NCBI RefSeq assembly: GCF_009914755.1
Contig: NC_060947.1
Reading direction: 5' to 3' (one strand)
DNA length: 64,000 nucleotides
Source: the human T2T-CHM13v2.0 reference genome, Homo sapiens
Under the pieces are notes generated by a model. It worked only from the letters and a program-made list of their open reading frames with translations, ran no database searches and was not told where the DNA came from. Shown here in pieces: positions 1 through 13,100 of this stretch. Made by a program: the position numbers and the translations under genes. The stretch's first letter is position 1. Each line of letters opens with the position of its first letter.

Positions 1-1462
1 ACTTGCCTCCCTTAATAATGCATGTGGTAAAGTAACCTGAAGACTTTATCCCACTCATCTTTAAGCGCTTTCTGTCTCAATTTCTTTAGAAATTATAGCC
101 ATCACTATTTTGAATCTGTTGGAAGGACCATCCATGTTAACTCAATATCCTACTTTGGCTCTGCTAACTGGACCTGATAACTCAGAAATAACCTAGTTTA
201 TGACAGATCTTTCTCTTATTATATCCCCTACCTTTTGCAGCCATTATGTATAGGTACATTTCAAAGGAAAATTGAAGTGATTGTCTTGGATGATTTGGGA
301 GACTTAGGCACGAACCATCATTCTTTCCAGGGAGAGAAAGAACTTCTTGGAAGTTAAAGAGTGGAACTATAGAATTACTTGACAAATTGCTTCCTGATTG
401 ACTAATACTGATTTATTACACATTACTACTGAACCGTAAACCAGCTAGTTGTATCTGCTCTTAGGTCACAGAAGAAATTATGGCTTATACTCCAAAGGAA
501 TACTTTGGAGAATTTCATCACTTTGGAAAGGGTCACGCAGGTGAGCTTGAGAGGTTTAATTGAATTTCTCTGGCATATGAGATTTTGTTTGTTCATATTT
601 TATTTTATGTAGGGGGAGGATGCCATGTAGCAAAACTTCAGAAGGTATTATTACATTATAGCCTATGTAAATGGTCCCTTAGTGTTGTTCAGTGTATATA
701 CTATGTAGCCATACATTGCATCCCTTGCAGGCAGGATCTGTTTTTGTAGCAAATTAGTTACTCTATTAATGAAGATACACTGATATAAATTTGGAAGCCT
801 GGAGAACTACTTAGGGCAGTGGCAGTCATCTTTCTGTGCTAAGAAAAGGTAGAGGCAGAATAAGTTGAAAAACATAGGTGATATATACTCAATGTTTTGA
901 AAAAATATACATCCAATGTTGAAGACTTGGCAAGATCAATGATCTTCAAATATCTTGCAGTACCTTCTATAAGAGTTTTGTAAATGTTCTCCCCTTGCAT
1001 ATTTTTAAATTGACATCTAAAACGTGATCATTGGTTTAAATAGTTGCAATACTTGTAATCACTAGAATATTGTAAATATTAAATTTTAAAACAAAACATT
1101 ACAATACTCTTTTAAATGAATTTATAGGAATATAAATGCCACATCATCAATATAATACACACTATTGTCCATTTAAAAATGAGTGAACAAGTTCATTTTT
1201 GTCAGATGGATATTTTACGTTTTTATCCTGCTTATTGAACTTGTATTTCCATTTCATTTCCCCCACAAAATTTTATCTTATGACAATGTATTTTATGCCT
1301 GAGAGTATTTTATACATGACCCTAACATACTCTTTGGAAATAAAATATGTGTATAAGTTAACTTTTAAAAAATTTCCTGTAGCATTAAGCCTCTCAGGAA
1401 TAAGATATTTTACTCTGGATTAAGTTATCATTACAATTAGCAGTAGTAAATTGTTCATTAGA

Positions 1463-1512
1463 CATATATATACACATATATATGTGTATATATATATAGA
1501 GAGAGAGAGAGA
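1463..1512. repeat. compound (TA)n/(GA)n microsatellite
   Basis: Read directly: catatatatacacatatatatgtgtatatatatatagagagagagagaga. Confidence 0.9.
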
Positions 1513-1955
1513 ATATTTAAATATGTAATATTAAATACTAAACATTTATTGGAAATGCATTTCCTAATGAGATGGATAGACTTATTTTCAATTAGTTTAT
1601 GTACCTGTGAATGATTATTACTTATTGCTAGAATGAGACTAAGTTAAACATAATTTCTATTTTTAATTTCAATTTAGATAGACAGAAGCACTGAGAAAAC
1701 ATAGAGAAGCACTGAGAAAATTCATACATGTAAAGAAATGGAAATTTTTTATAGCAATGTCACTTTTCTTTAATCACTTTTTGACTTGTAGGTCAAAGAT
1801 CTTCTAGTGATGCATCCTCACAATTTATTTTTAATTATATATAAGATAACATTAAGTAAAGAACTATAAATAATGTAACTTAAAAAATTGTTTACCTATC
1901 ATTAGCCTTGTGATTTCTATTTTTAATTTTTTTTTTAATTTGGTCTTCAGATCGC

Positions 1956-2583
1956 TGTCTTGAGAGTGGCTGTTTCAAGATAGCCACTCTATAGGAGAGT
2001 CCTGACTACAGGGAATATCAGGTTCAGGTGTTGTCAGTTGGGTGAGACACAATAAAGGATTAAAACCCGAATGAATATAGCAGAGGAAATTTATTGTATT
2101 ACTCACATATCTCAGAGAGGTTAGTGGTACCCACTGGGTATGGGGGAGGGCTGATGAGTCCAGAGCCCATCCACTAGTTGAGCAGGGAGCTCAATTAGTA
2201 GGTGGGGAGTAAGAAAGAGAGAAAGAGAGGACCTGTGAGACTATGCCTTTAATAAGGATCATAGGCATTATTCCTTAGATTTTTGTTGTTGTTGTTGTTT
2301 TGTTTTACAGGGATTGTGGATTGGCTAGTTTAAAGAAAGCGTGTGCAAGGAAAGGAGCTTATTTACATAACTCAGGTGTTGATCATTAGGTTTGACTGTG
2401 GTCAGCAGCTGTGGGATATGTTGAGTTTTGCTTCAGTGAGATGAGGGACAAGGGTAATATATCACAAACAAGCACACAAGGAGGAGAAGTTTTAACTAGA
2501 CCAAACATGGTGAGGTGAAACTGCATCCCAAAAAACTTATGTCAGGCCTATAATGGATGCCAAGGCAGCAACTATATTAAACA
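1956..2583 (-). mobile_element. solo ERVL-class LTR (MER54/MER73/MER74-like group)
   Basis: On the minus strand it begins TGTTTAATATAGTTGCTGCCTTGGCATCC and ends ...CTCAAGACA (TG...CA termini), ~630 bp, with a minus-strand AATAAA near 2090. Family name from recall; no TSD visible. Confidence 0.55.
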
Positions 2584-3734
2584 CATTTATGAAAATTAGA
2601 GTCATTAATTCTCAATAAGGACAGCATTATTTTGAATTGTCTCCTGTTTGCTTTCTACGCTAAGGGACAGTGCACCATAATAAAATATGAGAATGGTAAG
2701 AGATAAGAGTGTTATCTGTCTTTTGCAAAGTGGAGGAAAGACAATTGTGAAATGGGATATATAGAAAGAGAAATTTTCTCTTCATGAGAGGTGCATTCTC
2801 AGGGAGCTCAACATCAGAAAACAGAATATTTTGAAGATGTGATTCTCTAAACTGATAAATTTAAAAGTATCTGTGAATGCATTACTCTTGGAAAGCCTTC
2901 ATATACTGTGGGGGTTCTGTACATGACAATAAGACCATTAGACCAGGTCATGAGACATGACTAGGTTAATGTTTGGTGTTTTCACAAGAGTGGACTCTTG
3001 ATAGTGGTGGTTTTCAAAAGCTTATTTCAGTCTAGAAGCAAACATTTTGGGTAGAAGAATGGACATAGCCAGGGAATATTCTATCTCTTCTTCAAGTATA
3101 TCAAGAAATAGTCTTGGTATGATTCCATTGAGGACTTTCCAAGTTGTTTGAAATTAAGTAACAATGCTGAATTTTTTCAAAGCCTTCTGTTAAAGATATA
3201 ATTGGAATACCTGCTCCACAAAGGAAATAAATGGTCAAAATTATTAGCATTGAATTTTATGTCTTATGACTATGTTGATATGGGAATAAACAGCAGGGTA
3301 TGTATTATAGGGAGTGGATCTAGTTGACAAGAAAATGAGCCAGAGCAGTGAATGGTCAATATTCAGGCATTGGAACACAGTTTCAGGAATTAAGTGAAGG
3401 AAGGCAGAAATTTATTGGTTGATAAAAAAATAAAACTAAAGCACAAGTGAGATAATACCAGTGAATACGACTGGGATACAAAGTCATAAAAATAAATCAT
3501 TTGCCTTGCCTGGTTTGTTGCTGGAACATTGGCCTAGATATCATTAGCTTTTCCTGGATTAGGTGAACTATTCAAATCTAAATTTTTGTTTGTGGATGAA
3601 ATAGACCAAACATTGAAGGTTAGAGGAGGCATGAGAACAGAGAGCCTAGCAGGTCGTTTACTCGTCTTAACTGTTTTATATATACCCATAAAGACATTTT
3701 TAAACAAAAGGCTATGTTTTAAAATTAGAAATTT

Positions 3735-4382
3735 TGTGCATTGTCGGTGGGAATGTAAAATGGTGCAACTTCTGTAGAAAACTGTATGGCAGTTCTTCAA
3801 AAAGTTAAAATTAGAATTAGCATATAATCCAGCAACTTTACTTCTGAGTATATACCCTCACAAAACTGAAATCAGGAATTTAAATGGATATGTTCACACC
3901 CATGTTCATAGAAACATGGTTCAAAAAGCTAAAAAGTGTCAGCAATTAAAATGTCCCTTGATGGATGAATGGACAAACAAAATACAGTATATGTACATGA
4001 TGGAATAATATTTAGCCTTAAAAAAGGAAATTCTGACACATGTTACATCATAAACAAACTTCGAAGACATTACACTAAGTGAAGTAAGGCAGTCACAAAA
4101 GGACAAATAATAGGAAATGTTACTTATATGAGATTTATACATTAGTCAAATTCATAGAGAAAGGTAGAATGGTGGGTGCCAGAGACTGGATGAAGGCAGA
4201 CATGGTGAACTATTGTTTAATTGGTAAAGAGTTTCAGTTTGGGAAGATGAAAAAAGTTCTGGAGGTGGTCGGTGGTAATTCTTCCACAACAATGTAAAAT
4301 TTACTTAATGCCACTAAACTGTATAGCTAAAAGTTGTTAAAATGGTAAATTCTATATTATGAACATTTTATAACAATAAAAA
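3735..4382 (+). mobile_element. L1MB-type LINE-1 3' end (ORF2 C-terminus plus 3' UTR)
   Basis: Typical L1 3' motifs (gtgggaatgtaaaatggtgca; gatggatgaatggacaaacaaaat) and an L1MB-style 3' UTR (gttctggag...cacaacaatgt...tacttaatgccactaaactgta) ending in aataaaaa. Confidence 0.85.
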
Positions 4383-4736
4383 CAGACTGTTTTGGAAATA
4401 CTCCTCATAGTATTGTTAGTTGCTTTAATACAGGATGAAACCATTCATTACAATCATGTAATTTTATGTTTTGAGTTAAAATATTGATGACATTCTCTTG
4501 TTAATGCCAAAAGAATGTTAACTTTCTTCAAAAAGAAAAGTGGATGAACTAAAGTTTATTTAATACCAATTCTAATGGGAAAAGTGTAATTGATAACAGA
4601 ATCCTCATCTGCCATGTAAATCTGCCAACCCTGACACATGTCAACAACTATTTGCAGGGACTAAGAAGATTAATGATTGTAAATATACCCTATTGGTCCA
4701 TTTTCTTACCAAAAAATTAGAGATCTGGCAGACTAA

Positions 4737-5143
<407 letters not shown>

Positions 5144-5959
5144 CAAAATGCAAAATAACTTCTATGTGTAACTTAATACTGAGAATGAAAATGTGAGGTT
5201 TGATGATTAACTTGATAACTAGTTAGTAAAATTAAAGTGCATGTAAACTGCAATCAGTTTGAAGCCAAGCTATACCTACATAACCTCTGTTGGGTCTTAA
5301 TAATAAGAATCTGAGGAATCTTTGAAAAACAGCTTCAGACATATTTATTTAATTTTTAATACTAAAACAGCAATATTGCTTTTACTAGCATTATAGTTAT
5401 AGTTTCCATGGATGCAAATCTTTGAATACTAAAAGTGAAAGACTCTGTTAGAAGAGGGTAATCATATTTTTTAGAATACTGAATTCCAGCCTGTTTTTCA
5501 GTTTGTCTTCCATCTTCTCTAGGGTATTCCTTTCTCTCTTTGGTATCTTCTTTGTACATCTTCCATGTATATTTGACTTCCTTTTTCATATATATATTAT
5601 TTTTGTTTTTTAATTTTTTATTTCCACAGGTTTTTGGGGAACAGGTAGTATTTGGTTACATGAGTAAGTTCTTTAGTGACGATTTGTGAAATTTTTGTGC
5701 ACATATCACCCGAGCACTATGCACTGAACCCAATTTATAGTCTTTTGTTTCTCACTCCTTTCCCACCCTTTCCCCCGAGTCCTGAAAGTCCACTGTGCCA
5801 TTCTTATGCCTTTGCAGCCTCATAGCTTAGCTCCCATTTATGAGTGAGAACATATGATGCTTGGTTTTCCATTCCTGAGTTACTGCACTTAGAATAATAG
5901 TCTCCAATCCCATCCAGGTTGCTGAAAATGCCATTAATTCATTGCTTATTATGGCTGAG

Positions 5960-6047
5960 TTATACATATATATATATATGAATATGATATATGGATATAT
6001 ATATGAATATGATATATGGATATATATGAATATGATATATATATATC
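5960..6047. repeat. AT-rich short tandem repeat (TATATGAATATGATATATGGA-like units) inside L1PB
   Basis: About 3 imperfect units flanked by (TA)n. Confidence 0.8.
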
Positions 6048-6951
6048 AATCACAGTTTCTTTATCCACTGATTGATTGATGTATTGATGGGCAGTTGGGT
6101 TGATTCCACATTTTTGCAATTGCAAATTGTGCTGCTATAAACATGCATGTGCAAGTATCTTTTTTGTATGACTTCTTTTCCTCTGGGTAGATACCTAGTA
6201 GTGGGATTGCTGGATCAAATGGTAGTTCTACTTTTAGTTGTTTAAGGAATCTCCACACTGCTTTCTGTAGTGGTTGTACTAGTTTACATTCCCACCAGCA
6301 GTGTAGAAGTGTTCCCTTTGCACTGCATCAACACAAACATCTATTTTTTATTTTTATTTTTTATTATGGCCATTCTCGCAGGAGTATGGTGGTATCGTAT
6401 TGTGGTTTTGATTTGAATTTCCCTGATCATTAGTGATGTTGAGCATTTTTTTCATATGTTTGTTGGCCATTTGTATATCTTCTTTTGAGAATTGTCTATT
6501 CATATCCTTAGCTAATTTTTTTGATGGGATTGTTTGGTTTTTTTCTTGCTAATTTGTTTGATTTCGTTGTAGATTCTGGATATTAGGTTTTTTTTTTTTG
6601 TCATATGTATAAATTGTGAAGATTTTCTCCCACTTTGTGGGTTGTCTGTTTATTCTGCTGACTGTTCCTTTTGCTGTGCAAAAGCTCTTTGTCCCACCTA
6701 TTTACCTTTGTTTTTATTAGATTTGCTTTGGGGTTCTTGGTCATTAAATCCTTGCCTAAGCTGATGTGTAGAGGGGTTTTACCAATTTTATCTTCTAGAA
6801 CTTTTATGGTTTCAGGTCTTATACTTAAGTCCTTGATCCATCTTGAGTTGATTTTGTATAAGGTGAGAGATGAGGATCCACTTTAATTCTCCTACATGTT
6901 GGTTGCCAATTATCCCAGCACCATTTGTTGAATAGGGTGTCCTTTCCCCAC

Positions 6952-7337
6952 TTAAATGGTTTGACTCTGTGTCCCCACCCAAATCTCATTTGGTAGCTCC
7001 CATAATTCCTGCACATTATGGGAGGGACCTGGCGGGAGATGATTGCATCATGGGGGTGGGTCTTTCCCGTGCTCTTCTGGTGATAGTGAATGGGTCTCAC
7101 GAAATCTAAAATCACGATCTCTAAAATCACAATCTCTAAAAACAGGAGTTTCTCTGCATAAGCCCTCTCTTTGCCTGCCACCATCCATGTAAAATGTGGC
7201 TTACTCCTCCTTGCCTTCTGCCATGATTGTTAGGCCTCCCCAGCCACGTGGAACTGTGAGTCCAATTAAACCTTTCTTTTGTAAATTGCCCAGTCTTGGG
7301 TGTTTCTTTATCAGCAGCATGAAAACAGACTAATACA
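6952..7337 (+). mobile_element. THE1 (MaLR) solo LTR inserted in L1PB, 5-bp TSD CCCAC
   Basis: THE1 motifs gtccccacccaaatctcat, gcctccccagccacgtggaactgtgagtccaattaaacc and end aaacagactaataca. CCCAC at 6947-6951 and 7338-7342; L1 resumes in register. Confidence 0.93.
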
Positions 7338-8999
7338 CCCACTTTATGTTTTTGTTTGCTTTGTTGAAGATCAGTTGGCTGTAAGCATTTGGCTTCACTT
7401 CTGGGTTCTCTATTCTGTTGCATTGGTCTATGTTCCTATTTTTATACCAATGCCATGCTGTTTTAGTGACTATGGCCTTATAGTATAGTTTGAAATCAGG
7501 TAATGTGATTCCTCCAGATTTGTTCTTTTTGCTTAGTCTTGCTTTGACTATGCGGGCTCTTTTTTGGTTCCATGAGGTGCCTAGGACCCTCACACAACAT
7601 GATTTGTTGGCCTAGAAAAATTTCTAGAAACGTTACATCCCCAAAAAGCTGTAGAGCTCCTTTTAGTCTAATACATTTTCCAAACTAAGATACCATAAAT
7701 ATGAAGCTAGCAAAATTTAGAGTTGTTTTTAATCATAAGTACATAATGACCATTGATTATTATAACTGCTAACTTCTTGCTCCTGATTTCCCATTACACA
7801 ATGGACAAAGATGTGATAGCAATAGGTCATTATTCTAATAATGCATTTTGTATATTCAGATATTTAATTTAATTAATTTAATTTCCTGCACTAAAATATA
7901 ATTGAGACCGTTATACAATGAAATAAGAAAAGCTTGTAAAATTCAGGAAAATATTCCAAATATTAATATAAATAGCACTTCCCAGGTTTAATAATGTATA
8001 AACTAGGTCTTTAATGTTTATGCTTAATAAATAATGAACTTTTGAAAAGTGAATTTAATTTAATGATAAGTGCACTTGATAAATTGCTTATATGGTAATA
8101 ACAAATGTGAAAATAGTTGTTCAAATATAGAAACTTTATCTGAATAAAATTTTATATGTACCTAGTATATTTTAACTTTGTTTTTTGTATTAGAGGTACG
8201 TATTTTAATTTTATAATATGTATGATTATAACATGTACATCTAGTCATTGTAAGAATTAGAATAGCTCGCATATAATGTAGTCATTAAGCTTGTTTACTT
8301 TATAATATTAAGCATGATCGAATTTTATATCTCAGATGATATTATGACCTTGAATTTGCATAGAGTCTTTCATGCAAAAATCACAAAGCATTTTTGCATT
8401 AGTCACAACTAGATGAGGTAGAGAGTTGTAACAGTTAACTTCCTTTTATAGCTGGAAAAATATAAAGTTCAAAAAGGTTAAATGACTTGTTTAAAGTTGT
8501 AAAAGAAAGCAGTTACAACCTAGAGGGTAAATCCTAGTAAGATTATTTATATTTATTCTTTTTCCTTTATTTGTCTAAAATACATATAACAAAATTTGCC
8601 TTCTTAATAATTTGTATGTGTACAGTTCAGTACTAATGGGATTGACTTTGCATACATATGACAGAAATGACTAGTTTAGAATGTGAATACTTTCTCACTT
8701 TAGCCTATCACGAAATTTATATACTCTGTGCATTGTTCATGTTATAGTTCTGATATTGGGTTTTGTTTTATAGTGCTTCATCTGTGGTCTATGAATTGTA
8801 TATGATTTGGAGCTGTAGAAGATTGTCATTTTCTCACTTGTTTTATAATGTTACTTTTTAGTAATAGCTAGAACACAGTCGTTAAATAGTTTAGTTGTCT
8901 TTATTACCTTGGGTTAACTTGCAGGTGGTCATCCTCTTCCTGTTAGGTTGTTGAGCTGTCCTCACTTCTTCCCCTTGTTTACGTTTATGTATTTTGTAA

Positions 9000-9465
9000 C
9001 ACTCACTTTATATATTGCCTCTTTCAGGAAGCTTCCCCTCACAATCTTCCCACTCCCATCAGTCTGAGTTAAATGTATGACATTACATATGCTGCTATAG
9101 TAATAGATACAGTGCTTCGTATTGCAATAATTCCTTTACTTGACTATACCATTGCTAGCACAGAATATAAACTCTTTAACAGAAAAAAACTACATTTTAT
9201 TAGTTTTTGTATCTCAACCATAAAATATAGTGCCATGTACATATAGACAGATGTTCAGTCAATGAATATTCAGTGGATACATAAGTGAATGTGTGATGAA
9301 TTCTTCACAGCATCTAATACATTTCTACTTGTTCAGTATCTTTCTTTGCTAAATTATAAACTCTAAAAAGCAGGACTGTATCTATTTTGGTCATCATTTT
9401 CACCTCAGCACCTAGGTGCATTATAAACTCCCATAAATGTTGAATAAATGACTGAATGGATGTAT
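9000..9465 (+). mobile_element. two degraded L2 3'-end fragments
   Basis: tataaactc...gcaggactgtatctattttg...cagcacctag...ataaatgttgaataaatgactgaatg is typical of L2 3' termini. Confidence 0.55.
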
Positions 9466-10809
9466 GCTCATCTCTCTCAATTGTGCAACACAGAAAATTG
9501 AATTACAATGACAGCAGTTACAAAACGTTGTGTTACCAGAGATCATTATGGGTGAACCTATCCCACAACAGAAAGTAAGTATGGCATATCTCTGATTTAT
9601 TGGTACAAGAGTTATTATTTAGGCAGCCCTCCAGTAATTATATGATCTCAGGCCTTTTCTGTACATGCATTTCTAACTGATTTTCAACATCAAAGATTAG
9701 AAAATATTGCCTGCCAAGTTATGGAAAACTCTCACTTGCAGTTATGGAATGTGAAAGAAATTTTAAAAGATCTTACAGAGATGAGATCCAGGAAAGCAGG
9801 CCCACTGTGTAATAACTCTTTTGTAATAACTTCTATCTTATCTCTAAGATCTAATTCTATGTCCTATTTCTAAAGTACTTTACTTTCAAATAAATAGTAA
9901 TTTGTGCTGCTGTGCAGAGCAATGAAGAATGAAAATATTTATATTCCTAGGGGCATTTGTATTTTAATAAAGAGCAGTCGAAAATAAAAATAACCTGCTA
10001 CCCAAAATCATTTATTATGAAATATGGAATATCAGGTAGTATAATAGACTGAGATAACTTGAGGGTGACCTTATTTAGGAGTTGGCAGGAACCCATATGA
10101 TATTATTTGCAGGGTTTGTAGTAGATCATCATGTTCTTAAATATCTCTTACAGTTAGTTTTTTTTCTTTACCGAACATGTTATCAGTAGCTATCCTGGAA
10201 TGCTTTTTGGCATTATGTACCCCCATTTGAAATGAAAATGTAATAAATAAGACACTTCAAGAAAGTGAAAGGAAAACAAAACACAAGACGAATCCCAGGC
10301 AAGGAGAAATAATAGGGTTAGATAGCAGTAGAACCAAAACTGAAAAACCAGCTTAGAAGGGTAATACTATATAGAACAACAATTCTGAAGTTCAATCAAC
10401 AGACCACTTTTCTTAGATACAACATACAATTCTTCTATTCATTTAGTCAGCACAAAGGTGTGAACCACAGTTGGAAATCACATTTATAACTAAAAATATG
10501 AATGAAAACATTTTTATCAAAGTGTAATCTGGTTCTTTAATAAGCTGAATCTGAATCCAAAATCATCTTGTTGTATATTTTAGTAAATACTGACAGCTAA
10601 TTGTCACTATTCTTTGATACTAAGTCATGAAGTTTCTCAACGGAATAAGGAAGAAATTGTTTCTCCAAATTTATATTATTTTAGGAAGTAAGCAGGTGCT
10701 CTCCTACAAGGCATTATTGGCCAATAGCAAAGACTGTCCTGGAACACAGTTTCCTCAATTATAAAACATTAAATAACAAAGTTGAGAGAAGCTTCGGAAC
10801 CTATCCAGC

Positions 10810-11930
10810 TTGTATATATTTCTGATGACAATGTGATGATTTGATACATGTATACATTATAAAATGATTACCACAATCAAGTTAACACATCCATTATCTG
10901 ACATAATAACCGTGTGTGTGCACATGTGTGTGTGTGCTGAGAACACTTAAGATCTATTCTCTCAACAAATTTCAAGTATAATTAACTATAATCACTATGC
11001 TGTACATTATATCCCCAGAAATTATTTATTTTATAACTGAAAGTTTCTACCCTTTGACCAATACATTCCCATTTTCCCACCCCTAGCTCCTGGAAACAAT
11101 CATTCTATTCTGTTTATATGAGTTAGACCTTTTAAGATTCCACATACAAATGAGATCATTTAGTATTTATCTTTCTTTGACTGGCTTATTTCACTTAGTC
11201 TAGTACCCTCCAAGTTCATCCATGTTGTCACAAGTGGCAGAATGTTCTTCCTTTTCATAGATGAATAATACTCCATTTTATTCATACACTACCTTCACCA
11301 TTAGTTTGTTGATGGACACTTAGGTTGTTTCTGTGTTTTGGCTATCATAAATAATATTGCAATAAATATGAAAGTGGACATATCTATTTAAGATACTGAT
11401 ATTGTTTTCTTTATATGTATGCCCAGAAGTAGAACTGGTGGAACATACAGTAGTCCTATCTTTAATTTTTAAGGCAATCTCCATATTGTTTTCATAATGG
11501 TTGTACAAATTTACTTTCCCAGCAACAGTGTGCAAGGGTTCCCTTTTTTCCACATCCTCATCAACACTTGTTATCTCTTGTATTTTTGATAATTGCCATT
11601 CTAAAATGTGTGAGGTGATATCTCATTGCAGTTTTGATTTGTATTTCTCTAATGATTATGTTAATCCCCTTTTCATGTAATTGTAGGCTATTTGCATGTC
11701 TTCTTTGAAAAATGTCAGGACATTTATTTGGGTCTTTTACCCATTCTTAATTGGATTATTATTTTTATAATATTATCCTATTGAGTTGTATGAGTTCCAC
11801 GTATATTTTGATATTAGCCCTTTATCAGATATATGTTTTTCATTTTGTTGATTTTCTTTGCTATAAAAAAGATTTCCAGTTTTATTTAGCACTATTTTTT
11901 TTTATTTTTTTGCCTTAGTTATCTGCACTT
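10810..11930 (-). mobile_element. L1MA (MA8/9-like) 3' portion
   Basis: gatgatttgatacatgtatacattataaaatgattaccacaatcaagttaac 3' UTR signature, followed by antisense ORF2 C-terminal sequence. Confidence 0.85.
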
Positions 11931-12950
11931 ATTTTTTGTTTATTTTTTCCTATTCAACCACTGTGTGTCTTTTTATTAGATAATTTAATCCATTTGTATT
12001 TAAAATAATACTTGAAAGGCAATGACTTACTATTGCCATTTTTCTAATTGTTCTTTGACTGTTTTGTACTTTGTAGTTTTTTTTCTTCCCTCTTCCTGAC
12101 TTTCTTTGTGATTTGATGGCTTTTTGTGGTGATATGATATGATTTCTTTTTCTTAATCTTTTATATATCTATTGCAGGTTTTTCTTTTTTGGTTACCATG
12201 AGTCCTGCATAAAACATTGTATAGTTATAATATCTCATTTTAAGCTGATGCAACCTAACTATGATTGCATGAAAAATCTCTATAGTTGTACTTCTTCCTT
12301 CCTAACATTTTAGGTTATTGATGTTAAAATTTATATTTTTTAATATTGTGTATCCATTAACAAGTTATTTTGATTATAGTTATTTTAATGCATTTGTCTT
12401 TTAATTTTTATACTAAAGATGAAAGTGATTTATGCACTATCATCATTACAATATCAGAGACTTCAAAATTTGATTATAAATGTACCTGTATTAGTGAGTT
12501 TTACACACTGTTGTTTTAAAGTTGTTAGTTAGAACCCTTTTATTTCAGCTTAAAGAACTCCCTTTAGCATATCTTGTAAGTCAGGTCTACTGTTTATGAC
12601 TTCTTCAGTGTTTGTTTGATGAAGAAGTCATTATTTCTCCTTCATTTCTAAAGCACAGATTTGCTGTGTATAGTATTCTTTATTGGAAGTCTTTTATTTC
12701 AATATTTTGAATATACCATCCTACATTTTTCTTGCCTATAAGGGTTCTGCTGAGAAAATCACTTATAATTTTATGGATATTTTCTTGTATTTGATGCATC
12801 ATTTTTCTTTTCCTGCTTCCAAAATTCTCTCTTTGTCTCCTCATAATGTGTCTTGGTCTTAGTGTAGATCTTTTTATGTTCAGTCTGTTTGGAAATGTAC
12901 TCATGAAGCTCAATGTTCATTTAACTTCTCAGATTTAGAATTTTTTTAGA
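11931..12950 (-). mobile_element. old L1M ORF1 3' half / inter-ORF / ORF2 start fragment
   Basis: Antisense ORF1 motifs (gggttctgctgagaaaatc; aaagaactccctttagcatatcttgtaag); track ORF 12680-12913 has ORF1-like STLRPRHIM. Confidence 0.7.
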
Positions 12951-12955
12951 CATTG

Positions 12956-13100
12956 CTGTCGTCCTCCCCACAACCTTATCTGGCGTTTTGTTTTTTTTTT
13001 TTTTTGTAGTTTCAGTTACCTGTGGTCAACTTCGGTACAAAAACAAATGAGTACGGTACAATAAAATATTTAGAGATAGAGGGAGACAATATTCATATAT
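12956..13100 (+). mobile_element. MER44/Tigger7 DNA transposon 5' fragment
   Basis: ccttatc...gtttcagttacctgtggtcaac...gagtacggtacaataaaatatttagag matches the recalled MER44 left end. Confidence 0.7.

Larger units (their letters stand above)
5598..7574 (-). mobile_element. L1PB-type LINE-1, 5'-truncated, interrupted by a THE1 LTR
   Basis: L1PB 3' UTR signature ggggaacagg...tttggttacatgagtaagttctttagtg. ORF2 C-terminal peptides appear in the track (6061-6258 MWRFLKQLKVELPFDPAIPLLGIYP; 7330-7593 [21 protein letters not shown]). Confidence 0.92.

Noticed and set aside
1963-1990. Hairpin AGAGTGGCT...AGCCACTCT as a possible ncRNA or terminator
   Set aside because: It lies at the end of a probable ERVL LTR and the 9-bp stem is too short to support an RNA gene.
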